64,000 nucleotides of DNA, taken from assembly GCA_031546905.1 (NCBI GenBank), contig JAVBJQ010000046.1, positions 15,589 to 79,588 on the forward strand, given 5' to 3'. The notes beneath the pieces are model-generated. The model did no database searches. It had not been told where the DNA came from and saw only the letters and a program-made list of their open reading frames with translations. Of this stretch, positions 7,565-16,709 are shown piece by piece (position 1 is the stretch's first letter; every line of letters begins with the position of its first letter). The stretch is from Eubacteriales bacterium (GTDB lineage Bacteria > Bacillota > Clostridia > Lachnospirales > JAVBJQ01). Made by a program: the position numbers and the translations under genes.

Positions 7565-8491
7565 TCCCAAAACGCACGTATAATACTCCTATTCATTAAA
7601 AACCCTGTATATTACGGTGCTATGGCACAGGGAAAACGCTCGGTAAAATCCTTTAAGAACAAACAAATATCCAAAAATCCTGTTGATACATGGATTGTCG
7701 TTGAGGATATGCACACTCCCATTATAAAAAAAAGTGCATGGGAAGAAGCACAAAGCCAAATGACAAAAAATCATGTGGGAATACGCCGTAATAAAGACGG
7801 TGATGTGAGCTTGTTCTCTGGCGTAGTTGTTTGTGCCGATTGCGGTACAAAAATGACTTTTGATTGTAGGCACTACCAAACGTATACAAAAGAATATTAC
7901 CGCTGTGGCAGGTACAAAAACAGAGGTTCTAACGCTTGTAATCCTCATACAATCTTGTTAAATACGCTTTCTAAAGCAGTTATTACAGACCTCAGACAAT
8001 ATGCTAGATTGGCTCAAAATGACGAAAACAGGCTAATTGAACGGCTTTTAAAAACACACAGTTCTATAAAGCAGAAAGACATACGCGAATTTGAAATCCA
8101 AATCAAAGAGAAAGAATATAGAGTGAAAGAAATTGATAATCTTATTCAATCTCTCTTTGAAGAAAAAGTCGGTGGTACTGTTCCCGAAAACATTTTTAAA
8201 CGCATGGCTAAAAAATACGATGATGAGCAGACAACCATTTTTGCAGAGTTGGAAGAAATGAAAAAGGACTTGTCAGCTTGCAAAGAAACCGAAAAAGATA
8301 TTTCGACTTGGATTGAAAAAATCAAAAAGTGTCTTTCATTAGAAACATTGTCAAGAGAAATTGTGTCAGAACTTATAGAAAAAATAGAAGTGTCGGAAGT
8401 GTACGAGCGTGATGGCAAAGAACAGCAAGACATAAACATTACCTATAAGTTTGAAAACGCATTTCCAGAGAAAGAAAAAAGAGTAAGTTAG
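7565..8491 (+). pseudogene. 5'-truncated large serine recombinase (recombinase domain, zinc ribbon and coiled coil only)
   Basis: 'IKNPVYYG' is encoded in frame upstream of the listed Met, back to a stop at 7562-7564. 'CADCGTKMTF...YYRCGRYKNRGSNAC' is the zinc ribbon, followed by a long coiled-coil tail. The N-terminal resolvase catalytic domain is absent. Confidence 0.75.
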
Positions 8492-8534
8492 AAAAGTAGA
8501 TTTACCTTGGCGTATAATCTTTTCTTACTTACTC
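8481..8534 (-). terminator. Terminator downstream of tRNA-Ser, overlapping the recombinase 3' end
   Basis: A 16-bp inverted repeat, GAGTAAGTTAGAAAAG / CTTTTCTTACTTACTC (one mismatch). On the minus strand it is followed by TTTTTT. Confidence 0.6.
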
Positions 8535-8570
8535 TATTCTCAAAAAAATTTTTGGTGATTAAATCTAAAA

Positions 8571-8659
8571 CGGAGAAAGAGGGATTTGAACCCTCGCACC
8601 GCTATTAACGGTCTACTCCCTTTCCAGGGGAGCCCCTTCAGCCACTTGGGTACTTCTCC
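8571..8659 (-). tRNA. tRNA-Ser (anticodon GGA), class II with a long variable arm, no encoded CCA
   Basis: Minus-strand sequence GGAGAAGTACCCAAGTGGCTGAAGGGGCTCCCCTGGAAAGGGAGTAGACCGTTAATAGCGGTGCGAGGGTTCAAATCCCTCTTTCTCCG. The acceptor stem, T arm GAGGG-TTCAAAT-CCCTC and anticodon loop CTGGAAA all fold manually. Confidence 0.9.
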
Positions 8660-8727
8660 AAAATACTTATAAAATATACATGATAATTTGCATTTCGTCA
8701 AGTAGAAATTTTTTAAATTTAAAACCG

Positions 8728-8786
8728 TTGACAAAATTAAATTTACTGAGTATACTAAGCTTAGTAAATTACTAATTTAGTAAATT
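8728..8786 (+). promoter_or_regulatory. Strong SigA-type promoter with operator-like 8-mer repeats
   Basis: TTGACA (8728-8733), 17-nt spacer, TATACT (8751-8756). AATTTACT (8740-8747) is inverted relative to AGTAAATT (8763-8770), and a further direct copy lies at 8779-8786. Confidence 0.6.
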
Positions 8787-8810
8787 GATTTGATAGAGGA
8801 GAATTTTAAA

Positions 8811-9290
8811 ATGAAGATACCAACAAATCTTAAACATAAACCGGTTATTGTTTGCGAGAATTATGAAAATATTGATGGGAGAGTTGCCTATAACTCAGAG
8901 GCAAAAGGGCTTTCTTTAGGTTTAGCACAATGGAATGATAGAGGTAAAATAGATATTTCAGCAAAAGTTTGGAGATATACAGGTGAAAAGTGGTCAAGGC
9001 AGTCAGAGGAGTTGCCATTACACCGTGTAATTGACCTTGCCATTTTAATTTGCAGAAGTAAACTACACTTTAGAGATGCTTATGTTCATAAAGATTTATA
9101 TGATAAAGAAAATACAACCATTGATAGAATTGGACTGCAAGGGGATGCAATGACGGTATCTGTTTGTACAGACAATGAAATGATTGATGAAGATATTAAA
9201 TTATTGTCCCAAGCCCTTAGCAGTGATGACGAACTTATTTCTGAAAGATTAAAAGTGCTTTCAAAAATTTTAGGTGAGATGGGCTATTAA
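8811..9290 (+). CDS. Conserved hypothetical protein (~159 aa)
   Basis: ATG at 8811 lies 9 nt after the RBS AGAGGAG; the track ORF starts at a TTG at 8790. I recognise no catalytic motif. Confidence 0.6.
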   Translation: MKIPTNLKHKPVIVCENYENIDGRVAYNSEAKGLSLGLAQWNDRGKIDISAKVWRYTGEKWSRQSEELPLHRVIDLAILICRSKLHFRDAYVHKDLYDKENTTIDRIGLQGDAMTVSVCTDNEMIDEDIKLLSQALSSDDELISERLKVLSKILGEMGY

Positions 9291-9312
9291 AAATATGTTA
9301 GGAGTGTAAGAA

Positions 9313-9660
9313 ATGGATCGTAAAAAAGAATTAAAAGATTTATACAAGCAAATGAAACAAGACATGGGTGTGCTTATGATAAAACATAAAAATACAAAAA
9401 AATGTTTTCTTGAAGCAACACCAAATATAAAAGCAAGATTTAATAGTACAAAACTTAAACTGGATGCGGGTTATTACTATAATAAAGAACTTCAAGCTGA
9501 TTGGAGTAAGTTTGGCAGTGCTGAATTTGAGGTTAAAGTTTTGGAACTGCTAGAATATGACAAAGATGAAAGTAAGACAGACTACAGTGCTGATTTAGAG
9601 CTTTTAAAAGACATTTGGGAAGAGAAATTAAAAAAGGAAGAGTATGTATTTTACAAATAG
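9313..9660 (+). CDS. Small GIY-YIG-like domain protein with degenerate signature
   Basis: Layout 'GVLMIKHKNTKKCFLEAT...RFNSTKLKL..G..YNKELQADWSKFG...FEVKVLE' matches short GIY-YIG family proteins, but GIY is replaced by GVL and YIG by CFL. Confidence 0.45.
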   Translation: MDRKKELKDLYKQMKQDMGVLMIKHKNTKKCFLEATPNIKARFNSTKLKLDAGYYYNKELQADWSKFGSAEFEVKVLELLEYDKDESKTDYSADLELLKDIWEEKLKKEEYVFYK

Positions 9661-9913
9661 TGTTTGTTTAATGGGGTTTGGAATACAGAAAATAAGGATA
9701 AAATAAACGGTTCCATTTGGATTCTATACCAAGTGAAGCCGTTTATTTTATTGCTTAATTTCTTTATTCGTGATTTCTATCAGTGGCTAAATGCCTTTTT
9801 GAATTCAATCATAATTTTCAGTCCTTTATCTAATGGAACAAGTTATATACAAGTTACATATTGTAAACTACAGACGTTAAGCGCTTATACATTTGTAAAA
9901 TAATCAGTAAAGG

Positions 9914-12157
9914 ATGATTTTCATAAGAAACTTTAAAATAGCAACACGCTTATTCTTTATTGCATTTGCTGGAGTCATAGTTGGAGCAGTCATTACTATT
10001 GTTAGCTGTACAAGCTTGTATAGACTCTCCTATAATACTACAAGGGCATATGACACCATATCAGTCTCTGCGGAAAATTTAATAGGAATAAGCAACGCCT
10101 TTGATAGAATTGGCCCTTGGGTTGGAAAGTTATACAGTAGTGCTGACGTAGAAAGTAATACAGAGTCTTCTGCTGCAATTAATACAGCGATAGCATATAT
10201 AGAGCAAAAAACAAATGAATACCTTAACACTTTAAATGATAATGGAATAAGCTCAGGAGATGAATATAATAACCTGAAAAAAATAGCAGACATTTTACCA
10301 GCCTTTAAAACAACATTGCAACATATTGTGGCGGATGGGGCTACGACGAATTCTCCAAGCAGTTTTTCTGATGCAGAGGAGCAACTTACACCTATTACAC
10401 TCAAGGTAGCAGAGGCTATTCAAGCACTAGAAGATATTCAAGCAGAGCAAAGCATACAAGTTAACCAAGATACAGCTGGCATTTTGCGCACAAGCTTTAT
10501 GATGGTAGTCGTCACATTTCTCTTAGGAACTTTGTCGCTTATGGTAATTGCTTTATTGGTTAGAAAATCAATTATCATCCCGTTGAGGGAATTGGCGCAG
10601 GCCTCTGTGACACTAGCCCAAGGAAATGTAAATATAGAATTTCAAACCAATTTCAAAGACGAAGTAGGAGAAGTTTCTAGAGGATTTGCCACAGTAGCCA
10701 GTACAATTAAGACGTTTGTGGCAGACTTAAATACTAATGCCAATGAACTGGATGCTGGAGATATTGACTCAAGAATAGACATAAAAAAATATTCTGGGGA
10801 ATTTGAAAAAGCAGCTATTAGAGTTAATTTGGCCCATGACGAATTTATTCAGGACATGCTTTTATTAATTGGAGCTTTGCAAAAAATAGGGGACGGGGAT
10901 TTCAATATTGTACCGAAAGTGCTTCCTGGCAAAAAAATCGTTTTAACGAATACGGTAAATGAAGTGCTATTAAGATTAAAAACAGTGGATAGGGAATTAA
11001 ATAACCTAATCGGTTTTGCATCCCAAGGGGAGTTGCAAAAGCGTGCGGAGGCTAAAACGCTTTCTGGTGGCTGGGAAGTGATACTGGACGGCCTAAACGC
11101 ACTATTAGATGCTGTTGCAGAGCCTATAAACGAATGTTCAGAAGTGCTGAGAGAAGTTTCAAAGGGCAACTTAAAAGTAAGTGTCAAAGGTGACTACAAG
11201 GGAAGTTTCTTGCTTATTAAAAACGACTTGAATACGACAACAGAAGGTTTGTCATCTTATATTGCAGAAATTGCAAATGTTTTGAATGAACTTTCCGCTG
11301 ACAACTTTCATTTACAGATAGAACGACCATATGTTGGAGATTTTTCAGCCATAAAAGAATCCCTAAACAAAATAATAGACAGGTTAAATTATGTGCTATG
11401 GAACATCAATGCGGCCACAGTTCAAGTTTCATCGGGTGCTAGGCAAATATCAGATAGCAGTATGAATCTAGCGCAAGGTGCAATGGAACAGAGCGGTTCT
11501 GTACAGGCGTTGGGTGCAACAATCGAGGCGATAAACAATAAGGCAAAGACCAACGCACTAAGTGCAAAAAAAGCTAACTCGCTTTCCAATACCACAAAAG
11601 AAAATGCAAAGCTGGGTAATCAGGAAATGCATTCTATGCTAAAATCCATAAACGATATCAAAGCATCCTCCAAAAGTATCTCCAGTATTATAAAGGTAAT
11701 CGATGATATTGCATTCCAAACAAACTTACTCGCCATTAACGCTGCAGTAGAAGCGGCAAGAGCTGGTACACGTGGCAAAGGTTTTGCTACGGTAGCCGAT
11801 GAGGTTAGAAACTTGGCTACTAAAAGTCAAAAGGCAGCGAAAGAAACTACTATTTTCATAGAAGATTCTATCGTAAAAGTAGAAGAGGGTACAAGGATTG
11901 CCCAAGAAACAGCCGATTCACTCAGTAAAATTGTTGGAAATATAGAAGAAGTATCAACAATCGTTGGGATAATTTCAAATGCTTGTCTGGAGCAAGAAAT
12001 GGCTGTTGAACAGATTAGTGTAGGACTAAGCCAAATATCACAAGTGGTGCAGGCCAACACAGCAATTTCAGAAGAAACGGCATCCTCATCACAAGAACTC
12101 TCCAGTCAGTCCGAATTACTAAAGGCAATGGTCAGCTCTTTTCGATTGCGATCGTAA
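9914..12157 (+). CDS. Methyl-accepting chemotaxis protein with an extended HAMP-like repeat region
   Basis: Two TM segments; repeated 'G(D/N)hxhxh' HAMP-like units; conserved signalling hairpin '[20 protein letters not shown]'. Confidence 0.9.
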   Translation: MIFIRNFKIATRLFFIAFAGVIVGAVITIVSCTSLYRLSYNTTRAYDTISVSAENLIGISNAFDRIGPWVGKLYSSADVESNTESSAAINTAIAYIEQKTNEYLNTLNDNGISSGDEYNNLKKIADILPAFKTTLQHIVADGATTNSPSSFSDAEEQLTPITLKVAEAIQALEDIQAEQSIQVNQDTAGILRTSFMMVVVTFLLGTLSLMVIALLVRKSIIIPLRELAQASVTLAQGNVNIEFQTNFKDEVGEVSRGFATVASTIKTFVADLNTNANELDAGDIDSRIDIKKYSGEFEKAAIRVNLAHDEFIQDMLLLIGALQKIGDGDFNIVPKVLPGKKIVLTNTVNEVLLRLKTVDRELNNLIGFASQGELQKRAEAKTLSGGWEVILDGLNALLDAVAEPINECSEVLREVSKGNLKVSVKGDYKGSFLLIKNDLNTTTEGLSSYIAEIANVLNELSADNFHLQIERPYVGDFSAIKESLNKIIDRLNYVLWNINAATVQVSSGARQISDSSMNLAQGAMEQSGSVQALGATIEAINNKAKTNALSAKKANSLSNTTKENAKLGNQEMHSMLKSINDIKASSKSISSIIKVIDDIAFQTNLLAINAAVEAARAGTRGKGFATVADEVRNLATKSQKAAKETTIFIEDSIVKVEEGTRIAQETADSLSKIVGNIEEVSTIVGIISNACLEQEMAVEQISVGLSQISQVVQANTAISEETASSSQELSSQSELLKAMVSSFRLRS

Positions 12158-12194
12158 GGTTTTTGAAATAACAAGTGTCACGAACCAATCACAA

Positions 12195-12244
12195 AGAAAG
12201 GAGCAGTCCTCAAACTAAAATGTTGAGACTGCTCCTTTCTTTTG
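12195..12244 (+). terminator. Rho-independent terminator
   Basis: AGAAAGGAGCAGTC / GACTGCTCCTTTCT stem followed by TTTT. Confidence 0.8.
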
Positions 12245-12440
12245 CTATACTTTTTTGCAGTGGTGAGTTCATATTTAAATTCTACATATGGTAGGGCATT
12301 TTCTTGTCATAGGTAAAACTGCTATAAAATGATAGAAAGTTTTAAAAAATGGGTTTTAAATTTTAAAAAAATATGCTAGGATATTATAGAAGTTTCGCTA
12401 TTAATAAAATAAGTTTTTTGATAGAACTTTAAAATTTAAT

Positions 12441-14990
12441 TTGGGGATGTGTTTTGTGAAAAGGTTAAATTTATTATATTTTATTATTATCTTTTCAGTC
12501 GTGCTAATTGCTCAAAATTTTTTGGTTTTTAGAGCTGTAAACGAAATGAATGGCGATGCTCGGGTTGTAAATTATGCAGGATTAGTGAGAGGGGCAACCC
12601 AACGGCTGGTAAAACTTGAAATGTCAGGTGCGCCAAATGATGTGCTTATTGAGAAATTAGATAAGTATATTGATGGTCTTAGTGGAATAAAAAACGAGTA
12701 TAATATTACGTATATGAACGATGTAGTATTCCAATCAACACTAAAAGACTTGGCGGATGTTTGGGGATCATTAAAAGATTGTATCTACAAGTATCGTAAA
12801 GGGGAAGTATCCCACCAAGAGCTCTTAAAAATTAGTGAAATTCATTTTAAAAAAGCAGATGAAGCGGTTCAAAAAGCAGAAATTAGCTCCGAGAAAAAAC
12901 TAAAAAATATAAAAGACCTTATTGTAGGTGGAAGAGTAGTTATTGGAATTATATTGGTGATTGTAGTAATATTACTCCATCACTTAAAACGGCTAGAAAA
13001 GAAACAATATGATATCTTAAAAGAAAAAAATGAACAACTTGAATTGGCCATTGAAGAAGCGGATAAAGCGAGTAAAGCGAAAAGCACATTTTTAGCCAAT
13101 ATGTCACATGATATCAGAACTCCCTTAAATGGAATTATGGGTATGACAACCATTGCCATCGCCAATATTCATAATAATGAAAAAGTAAGGGATTGTCTTA
13201 AAAATATTACACGTTCCTCAAAACATTTGCTGAGTTTAATCAATGATATTTTGGATATGTCAAAAATTGAAAGTGGTAAATTAGAATTAAACAATGATGA
13301 TTTTTATTTGCCAGAATTTATGGAGAATTTAATTGGTATTATTCAGCAACTAGTGCAAAATAAGCAACAGTCGTTGAGTGTTTCGATGAGTAATGTAGAA
13401 CATGAATATTTAATTGGTGATGTTCTTCGGATCAATCAAGTTCTTATTAATATCCTTTCAAATGCGGTTAAATTTACACCAGCTGGTGGCAAAATCAGTA
13501 TACATTTAAATGAGTTGCCATCAAACAGGGAAGAGTATGCTAGGCTTCGGTTTATTTGTACTGATAATGGAATGGGAATGAGTGAGGAATTTAAAAACCG
13601 TATTTTCGAAACCTTTTCAAGAGAAACAGACTTAAAAATTGATAAAATTGAAGGTACCGGACTGGGAATGACAATTACTAAAAACATTATAGATTTAATG
13701 AATGGTGAAATAGAAGTTGAAAGTTCTAAAGGAAAGGGCAGTACTTTTGTTGTAACGTTGGATTTTCAAATAAAGGAAAATGCGAAAGAGCAATGGGAAT
13801 ATGAAACTTTAAAGGGAATGAAAATTCTTGTTGTTGATGACGATAAAAATGCCAGCGAAAATGCAGTGTATGAATTAAATGATTTAGGAATGATTGCCGA
13901 ATGTGTTTATCCTGGTGCAGTTGCAATTCAAAAATTTGTTGATGCAAAGAAAACAGGGAATGAGTATAAAGCTGTTATTCTGGACTGGAAGATGCCAGAT
14001 ATGAGTGGGCTTGAACTGGCAAAAGCAATTCGTAAACATTCTTCAAATATTCCTATTATTATCACTTCTGCTTATGATTGGGCTGAAATCCAAGAAGAAG
14101 CAAAATCAGCAGGAATAACAGGATATGTTAGTAAACCATTGTTTAAATCAAGTTTATATCATAAAATTAAACAATTAAGCCAAGATGTTGGACATGATTT
14201 TAAAGAACAAGAGAAAGAAACATCTACTTTTGATTTTACAAACAGACGTATACTTTTGGTGGAAGACAATGTATTAAATACAGAAATTGCAAAAGAGCTT
14301 CTTTCTTTTACAGGTGCCGTTATCGATTGTGCTTTTGATGGTCAGGCTGGTGTTGAAAAATTTATTCATTCAGAAGAATATTATTATGATATTATTTTGA
14401 TGGACATACAGATGCCGGTTTTAGACGGTTATGAGGCTACTAAGCAAATTAGAAAAATAGAAAATAGAGGTGATGCGTTAACGGTTCCAATTATTGCCAT
14501 GACAGCAAATGCCTTTGCAGAAGATATTAGAGAAGCAAAAGCCGCAGGTATGAATGAGCATATAGCAAAGCCATTGGACTTTGAAATGTTGAAAGCCATT
14601 ATGCAAAAATGGCTAAAAGATTTGCCTAGGGTAAGTACATCTAAAAATAATTCGGAGGTGTTTCAAATTAATATTGAAGCTGGAATACAAAGGTTAATGG
14701 GAAATAAAGCACTTTATGAAAGGTGTTTGAAAAAGTTTCCAAATGATAAGAGTTTTAATGAATTGGTAGATGCAATTACTGCATCTAATTGCGAAGAAGC
14801 TTCAAAGGCGGCGCATACCCTGAAAGGAGTTTCAGGAAACCTTGCATTAGATGAATTGTATCATGCAGTAGTAAAAATTATGTCAGAACTACGCACTAAT
14901 AATTTAGAAGATGCTAAAATAACACTAGAAGAAGTGAAGAAAGAATATAATGCGGTTATTGAATATATTAATCAGAATTATCTAGGATAG
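12441..14990 (+). CDS. Hybrid sensor histidine kinase (HisKA, HATPase, two REC domains, Hpt)
   Basis: H-box 'MSHDIRTPLNGI'; 'DNGMGM' and 'GTGLGMTI'; REC1 'VVDDD...LDWKMPDMSG'; REC2 'LVEDN...LMDIQMPVLDG'; Hpt 'AAHTLKGVSGNL'. N-terminal 'NYAGLVRGATQRLVK' is a PilJ/NarX-like sensor motif. The start could be the GTG at 12456. Confidence 0.9.
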   Translation: MGMCFVKRLNLLYFIIIFSVVLIAQNFLVFRAVNEMNGDARVVNYAGLVRGATQRLVKLEMSGAPNDVLIEKLDKYIDGLSGIKNEYNITYMNDVVFQSTLKDLADVWGSLKDCIYKYRKGEVSHQELLKISEIHFKKADEAVQKAEISSEKKLKNIKDLIVGGRVVIGIILVIVVILLHHLKRLEKKQYDILKEKNEQLELAIEEADKASKAKSTFLANMSHDIRTPLNGIMGMTTIAIANIHNNEKVRDCLKNITRSSKHLLSLINDILDMSKIESGKLELNNDDFYLPEFMENLIGIIQQLVQNKQQSLSVSMSNVEHEYLIGDVLRINQVLINILSNAVKFTPAGGKISIHLNELPSNREEYARLRFICTDNGMGMSEEFKNRIFETFSRETDLKIDKIEGTGLGMTITKNIIDLMNGEIEVESSKGKGSTFVVTLDFQIKENAKEQWEYETLKGMKILVVDDDKNASENAVYELNDLGMIAECVYPGAVAIQKFVDAKKTGNEYKAVILDWKMPDMSGLELAKAIRKHSSNIPIIITSAYDWAEIQEEAKSAGITGYVSKPLFKSSLYHKIKQLSQDVGHDFKEQEKETSTFDFTNRRILLVEDNVLNTEIAKELLSFTGAVIDCAFDGQAGVEKFIHSEEYYYDIILMDIQMPVLDGYEATKQIRKIENRGDALTVPIIAMTANAFAEDIREAKAAGMNEHIAKPLDFEMLKAIMQKWLKDLPRVSTSKNNSEVFQINIEAGIQRLMGNKALYERCLKKFPNDKSFNELVDAITASNCEEASKAAHTLKGVSGNLALDELYHAVVKIMSELRTNNLEDAKITLEEVKKEYNAVIEYINQNYLG

Positions 14991-14992
14991 CA

Positions 14993-15031
14993 AAAAAGAG
15001 AATCCATTTTTACCATGGGTTCTCTTTTTTT
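14993..15031. terminator. Bidirectional terminator
   Basis: AAAAAGAGAATCC / GGGTTCTCTTTTT hairpin flanked by A-run and T-run, between convergent genes. Confidence 0.7.
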
Positions 15032-15049
15032 ATGGTGCTTATATTTTTG

Positions 15050-15193
15050 TTATTCTTCTTCAAAATCATCAGGGCTAAAATTTGATTCGTATTCCTCGAA
15101 ATCTTTTTGTTCTCTGTCTGCATCCATTGAATTTGGATTATTATTTTTTTTGCTTACATTTTCTATATCTGTATTTTTATCTGTATTCCACAT
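15050..15193 (-). CDS. Unlisted small acidic protein (47 aa, MWNTDKNTDIENVSKKNNNPNSMDADREQKDFEEYESNFSPDDFEEE)
   Basis: Near-perfect RBS AAGGAGGTG lies 6 nt upstream of the ATG on the minus strand, and the ORF ends just before the bidirectional terminator. It is below the ORF-track length cutoff. Confidence 0.45.
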   Translation of the reverse strand: MWNTDKNTDIENVSKKNNNPNSMDADREQKDFEEYESNFSPDDFEEE

Positions 15194-15311
15194 AAAAAAC
15201 ACCTCCTTATCACAATACTGATTAAGCTAGATGATTATCTTATCAGTTATATTATGTTATAAAAAGGTGTTTTTATACGGTTCATGTAAAATTTTTATAA
15301 TGATTTATCAG

Positions 15312-16334
15312 TTATAACAAATGGATTCCTGACTTCTCACAAGTTAAAATCATATCATCAGACCAGATAGAAGCTTGCACTTCTCCTATGTGGGCTTTCA
15401 GTAAATAAAGCATACATAGTCTTGATTGACCAATTCCACCACCCATGGTATAAGGTAGCTTTTGATTTAATAAATCTTGATGGAATGGAAGGGATGTTCT
15501 TTCTAAACAATTTGCTTTTTCAAGTTGTGACTTTAACGCATCTTCATCAACACGAATTCCCATAGAAGAAATTTCCAAAGCCATATCTAATAGCGGATAC
15601 CATATTAAAATATCTCCATTTAAACTCCAGTCATCATAATCGGGAGCACGACCATCATGCTTTTCACCATTAGACAACAAGTCGCCGATTTTAGATAAAA
15701 AGACAGCCTTATGTTTTTTTGTAATTTCAGATTCACGTTGTTTTGGGGATAAGTCGGGATACATATTTAAAAGTTCTTCACTGGTAATAAACGTAATTTC
15801 TTCAGGTAAAAAAGCTTCAAGGTTAGGATATAACTTTAAAATAAAACTTTCTGTTTCTTTCAAAACAGAATAAATTTTTGTCACTACCTCTTTTAACTTC
15901 TCCATTGTACGGTCCGTTTTAGGAATAATAATTTCCCAATCCCATTGATCTACATAAATAGAATGTAAGTTATCTAAATCTTCATCCCGTCTAATGGCAT
16001 TCATATCGGTATATAAACCTTCACCAATAGAAAAATTATATCGTTTTAACGCAACTCTTTTCCATTTTGCAAGGGAGTGGACAATTTCTACCTCTTTAAA
16101 TTGTATTCCTTTAACGTCAAAAGTAACAGGTCGTTCCACTCCATTTAAGTTGTCGTTCATTCCTGATTGAGGCATAACAAAAAGTGGAGCCGAAACCCTT
16201 GTTAAGTTTAAATTTTTTGCTAAAGATGTTTCAAAAAAATCTTTTATTTGTTTAATGGCTACTTCTGTCTCACGTATATTTAATTTGCTATTATAGCTTT
16301 GGGGAACAATTAGAGTAGATAAATTTTCAGACAT
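15312..16334 (-). CDS. asnA: Aspartate--ammonia ligase (asparagine synthetase A)
   Basis: Full-length AsnA-like sequence (class II aaRS-like fold; 'SAPLFV', 'VERPVTFDV', 'DWDWE', 'GGGIGQSRL'). ATG at 16334 lies 7 nt after the RBS GAGAGGA. Confidence 0.9.
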   Translation of the reverse strand: MSENLSTLIVPQSYNSKLNIRETEVAIKQIKDFFETSLAKNLNLTRVSAPLFVMPQSGMNDNLNGVERPVTFDVKGIQFKEVEIVHSLAKWKRVALKRYNFSIGEGLYTDMNAIRRDEDLDNLHSIYVDQWDWEIIIPKTDRTMEKLKEVVTKIYSVLKETESFILKLYPNLEAFLPEEITFITSEELLNMYPDLSPKQRESEITKKHKAVFLSKIGDLLSNGEKHDGRAPDYDDWSLNGDILIWYPLLDMALEISSMGIRVDEDALKSQLEKANCLERTSLPFHQDLLNQKLPYTMGGGIGQSRLCMLYLLKAHIGEVQASIWSDDMILTCEKSGIHLL

Positions 16335-16709
16335 AAGCAATTCCTCTCTTCAAGCAGTTTAATTTAGATAAAAATTATAAAACTGCTATCATTAAAATAT
16401 TTTAATTTGTTATAACGGAAATTATTATATATAATAAATCAATGTAAAAACTTTTTCAAGGTAAAATAAAAATATAGTTTTGAAATTTTTTGATTTTGAT
16501 TTTTTTAAATCTTAATAATATGTTGTGGAAGATAATTCAGATAAAATTTTAAAATGAATATGTCTTATAAATTCTCAGACTTTTGAAAATAATAACCGTA
16601 ATATTTTTAAAGTTTATATGAATTTAGAAATCTTTTATAGCTGAAAATTCGAAAGAAGGCTATTGAAAAATTTTTCTTTCAATTATATAATAATTACAAA
16701 GAAGGTAAG

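Larger units (their letters stand above)
4745..8570. mobile_element. Probable remnant of an integrative element: three-gene cargo operon plus a 5'-truncated serine recombinase, next to tRNA-Ser
   Basis: Recombinase fragment lacking its catalytic domain; adjacent tRNA gene; visibly more AT-rich coding sequence than the neighbours; genes of unknown function. No att repeats identified. Confidence 0.4.

Noticed and set aside
7589-7948. 119-aa minus-strand ORF
   Set aside because: It is antisense to the well-supported recombinase remnant. It is hydrophobic and Cys-rich like a non-coding frame and has no RBS.
8540-8734. 64-aa minus-strand ORF from the track
   Set aside because: It is read through the tRNA-Ser(GGA) gene (8571-8659) and its promoter region, and it has no RBS. 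It is an artefact.
9664-9903. 79-aa + strand ORF after the GIY-YIG-like gene
   Set aside because: It spans a long hairpin (AAAATAAACGG...CCGTTTATTTT, 9704-9753) that looks like the terminator of the preceding operon. It has no RBS.
15015-15221. 68-aa + strand ORF
   Set aside because: It starts inside the bidirectional terminator and has no RBS. The opposite strand carries a short ORF with a near-perfect RBS, which I prefer.
16341-16709. Possible T-box or other leader upstream of asnA
   Set aside because: I looked on the minus strand for the T-box consensus (AAnnnGGGTGGTACCGCG) and for specifier/terminator architecture and found none. The region is simply extremely AT-rich divergent promoter DNA.
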